NCBI GenBank assembly: GCA_030141605.1
Contig: JAQGDQ010000084.1
Location: 372,001 to 436,000 of the forward strand
DNA: 64,000 nt
Direction: 5' to 3'
DNA from: Tubiluchus corallicola
Taxonomy: Eukaryota; Animalia; Priapulida
Shown here: piece after piece, positions 61,628 to 64,000 of the stretch
How positions within the stretch are numbered: position 1 is the first letter of the stretch
Layout of the letters: each line of letters opens with the position of its first letter
Notes under the pieces: model-generated
Told to the model about the DNA's origin: nothing
What the model saw: only the letters and a program-made list of their open reading frames with translations
The model's database searches: none
Program-made: the position numbers and the translations under genes

Positions 61628-64000
61628 AGATAAGGGCAGGCAAAAGTAATTTATCTATTTCTGTCTGCTTCTTAGTGGCAACCGTAATAGAATGTTGACT
61701 TGCAGGAGCCTCATATGAAGATGATAGAAAAACTGCTTATGTAGATATACGTAGCATCGTTAAGTAATTAAGGCTTCTTTTTAAAAAGTGCTTGAATTTT
61801 TCAAATCTTGTCAACTCTCAAGAAGACCTATGAAAAGGTCAAGTTGAAATTGATGACCAGGTCTCAAGAAAATAACAAAAAAATGTTGCATTTTCAATTC
61901 AGAGAACCACAAATCTAAAACGATCCCAGTAAGGTGGCATTTCGCTGAAATGAAATAATTACTAAATCCCTTATGATTCTACTAAGTAATGCGGAGATCT
62001 TCTTCATCTTAATCAATGTCGAAATTAAACTGTCAGCTAAGCAAATCAATTGACAGCAATCATGGCAGTCAGTGATGCTGAGCTGCATAATTATGCCCCC
62101 CCCCCACAAGAATCCAAGTCATAAACTCTCCTACTGCGGCAGCAAAATCCATATTGATCAGCTCTTACAATAACAAAAGACCTGTTTTCTTTGCTCGAGC
62201 AAAGTTAAGTTTAACTCTTTACCTCTCTGTTCGAGGTCTTTGCCAAATCAACTCGAGTAACTACAACTTGAAATTTCGTGCGTGGAATATTTTATCTTGC
62301 ATCACAAAATAAATTGAAATTAATTAAATTATAATATAAGGCAGACAGCAGTTCTAATGTCTGAAAAACAGACTGTCGTATTTCCAAGCCAATACCCATT
62401 AGTCACTTATGGCTTTTCTTGTACCAACAAACACATGCCATAATAAAAATTTAGGATAGGTTAAAACAGCGCAGAGAAATAAAATAAAATTACGTTCAAG
62501 CAACCAATGGTCAATCTAACACCGGAAACAATGTATGGGGTAACAATTCACCACTTGAATGTTTTAACCCATCACCAATGCGTTGCTGCACATTAAGCAA
62601 GCCATTCACAATCATTCAAACTACTGGTAGAGTCTAAAGAGCACGATACAGCATTCACCAAGGTAGTAAAAGAAGAGAGATTAGTTCAGAGTGTTTCTCA
62701 CCACTGTTAAATACAAGTACAGGTGTATTGTAAAAAAAATTTGTAAAGGCTCCAATGAAGAGCATTACCCCAATAATTTTGGTAGGTATCTGCAGCCAAC
62801 GAATCGTCATCCGGCGAAATCCAATTGGGCATGAAAGCAAAGCAAAAATCATTTAATCAGACTTTGTTGGCATCCCTGAGGAAAAACGCACATTTCTGAA
62901 GTGCTTATAAACTATATTAAATAATATATATGAACTGGGTTCACTGGGGATTCGGTCGAACAGAAAGGATAATATTTTAAACATTATCAATACATGGTTT
63001 GCGAAATAAACTCCGTAGAAAACTGTGTTTGTTTGAAACGCAAAAATGGCAAGAGCTGTTTGCTCTTTGAACTTTATAAAAAACACGACTATAACAGTTA
63101 CCTGAAAGAAAGTCAAAAGTTGTAAGATTGAAAACCGGTATTTTTGCCACTGTGAACTAACTACCAGGAATCTACCCTGGCAAGCAATTTTGAAATGAAA
63201 CGGCGAGGAAAACGTAACTAAAAGGTCAACAAAATTGCAAACTTCTCCGACTTACAATCCCATGCAGTGCCTATGCGCAGAAGCACAAGTAAACACATAT
63301 CATCTGGTAATACCTGCAGAGGAACACCAGGACTAGGATGTAACTTATCAGTAATGGGACTAGAGACGAAATTTTATACAAAAATTATAGAAGTTTATCT
63401 GTCTCAAATAAAACCTGGCATTAACAGCAAAATGGTCCAACAACTTATAAACAACATTATATTAGAACAGTAAGGGTTCTATAATGATAAAAATCATCCG
63501 AAATGTCTTGCTGAGCCAATGTTGTTGGATTATTTTACCTGTGTTTCTAAAACACTTTTAGTTTCATAACTAATATGACTTGCTTAATAAAAAAATTTGC
63601 TTTTATCATCAAACTAAAGACCTGAGGGTCTCAAAGCATATCAGCAAACTGAACAAATTGTTTTTCAGTTATAAATCTAAAACATCAAGCAATATATCAC
63701 ATTATTTATAATATGTGTGCTTGCCTAGCAAAATCGTCTATAAGTCGGCAATTAAGTTTTCCTAGTTATTCACATATCACTGAATCTCCATTTCATGAGG
63801 ATCATTTTGATATCAAGTTCATCACTCTTTGTTATTTTCTAAGCTGAGATAATCCACGTTGAAGTTGAGGTGCAGGCTACACACTGAAAAACATAATCTT
63901 GAGAAAAATGCTGTTAAAGTCAGCCATTGTTTTTTGTCGAGTTTCTACAAAACACTTAACAACCCGTACGAATGTTGATTGCTACGGACTTTGCAAGAAC

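Noticed and set aside
62655-63116. Mitochondrial insertion or alternative genetic code
   Set aside because: TAA/TAG stops persist and no mitochondrial protein motif is recognisable.

Overview
AT-rich (roughly one third G+C by eye) eukaryotic, almost certainly invertebrate animal, genomic DNA. The window is dominated by one minus-strand, intron-rich gene for a K-Cl cotransporter (KCC, SLC12A4-7 / Drosophila kcc type). I reconstructed 23 coding exons by hand (53094 down to the TAG stop at 3984-3986; 3092 nt, about 1030 codons). All have GT..AG boundaries and consistent phases; the ATG exon was not identified with confidence. Two introns (32439-30373 and 6812-4076) have minor-spliceosome (U12) GTATCCTT donors. 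The introns are packed with non-autonomous DNA transposons (TTAA-flanked Kolobok-like, TA-flanked pogo/Tc1-like, hAT-like with 8-bp target duplications, Harbinger-like). They also hold LINE relics (a young 5'-truncated CR1/L2-group RT copy, plus L2, Rex1-like, RTE-like and CR1-like tails), a Penelope-like GIY-YIG fragment with a degenerate hammerhead motif, and many mini- and microsatellites. Several minisatellites sit inside MITEs, and three are built from splice-signal-like words. There is no CRISPR, rRNA or tRNA. I found no clearly demonstrable novel system; the best leads are under findings, and most rest on inference.
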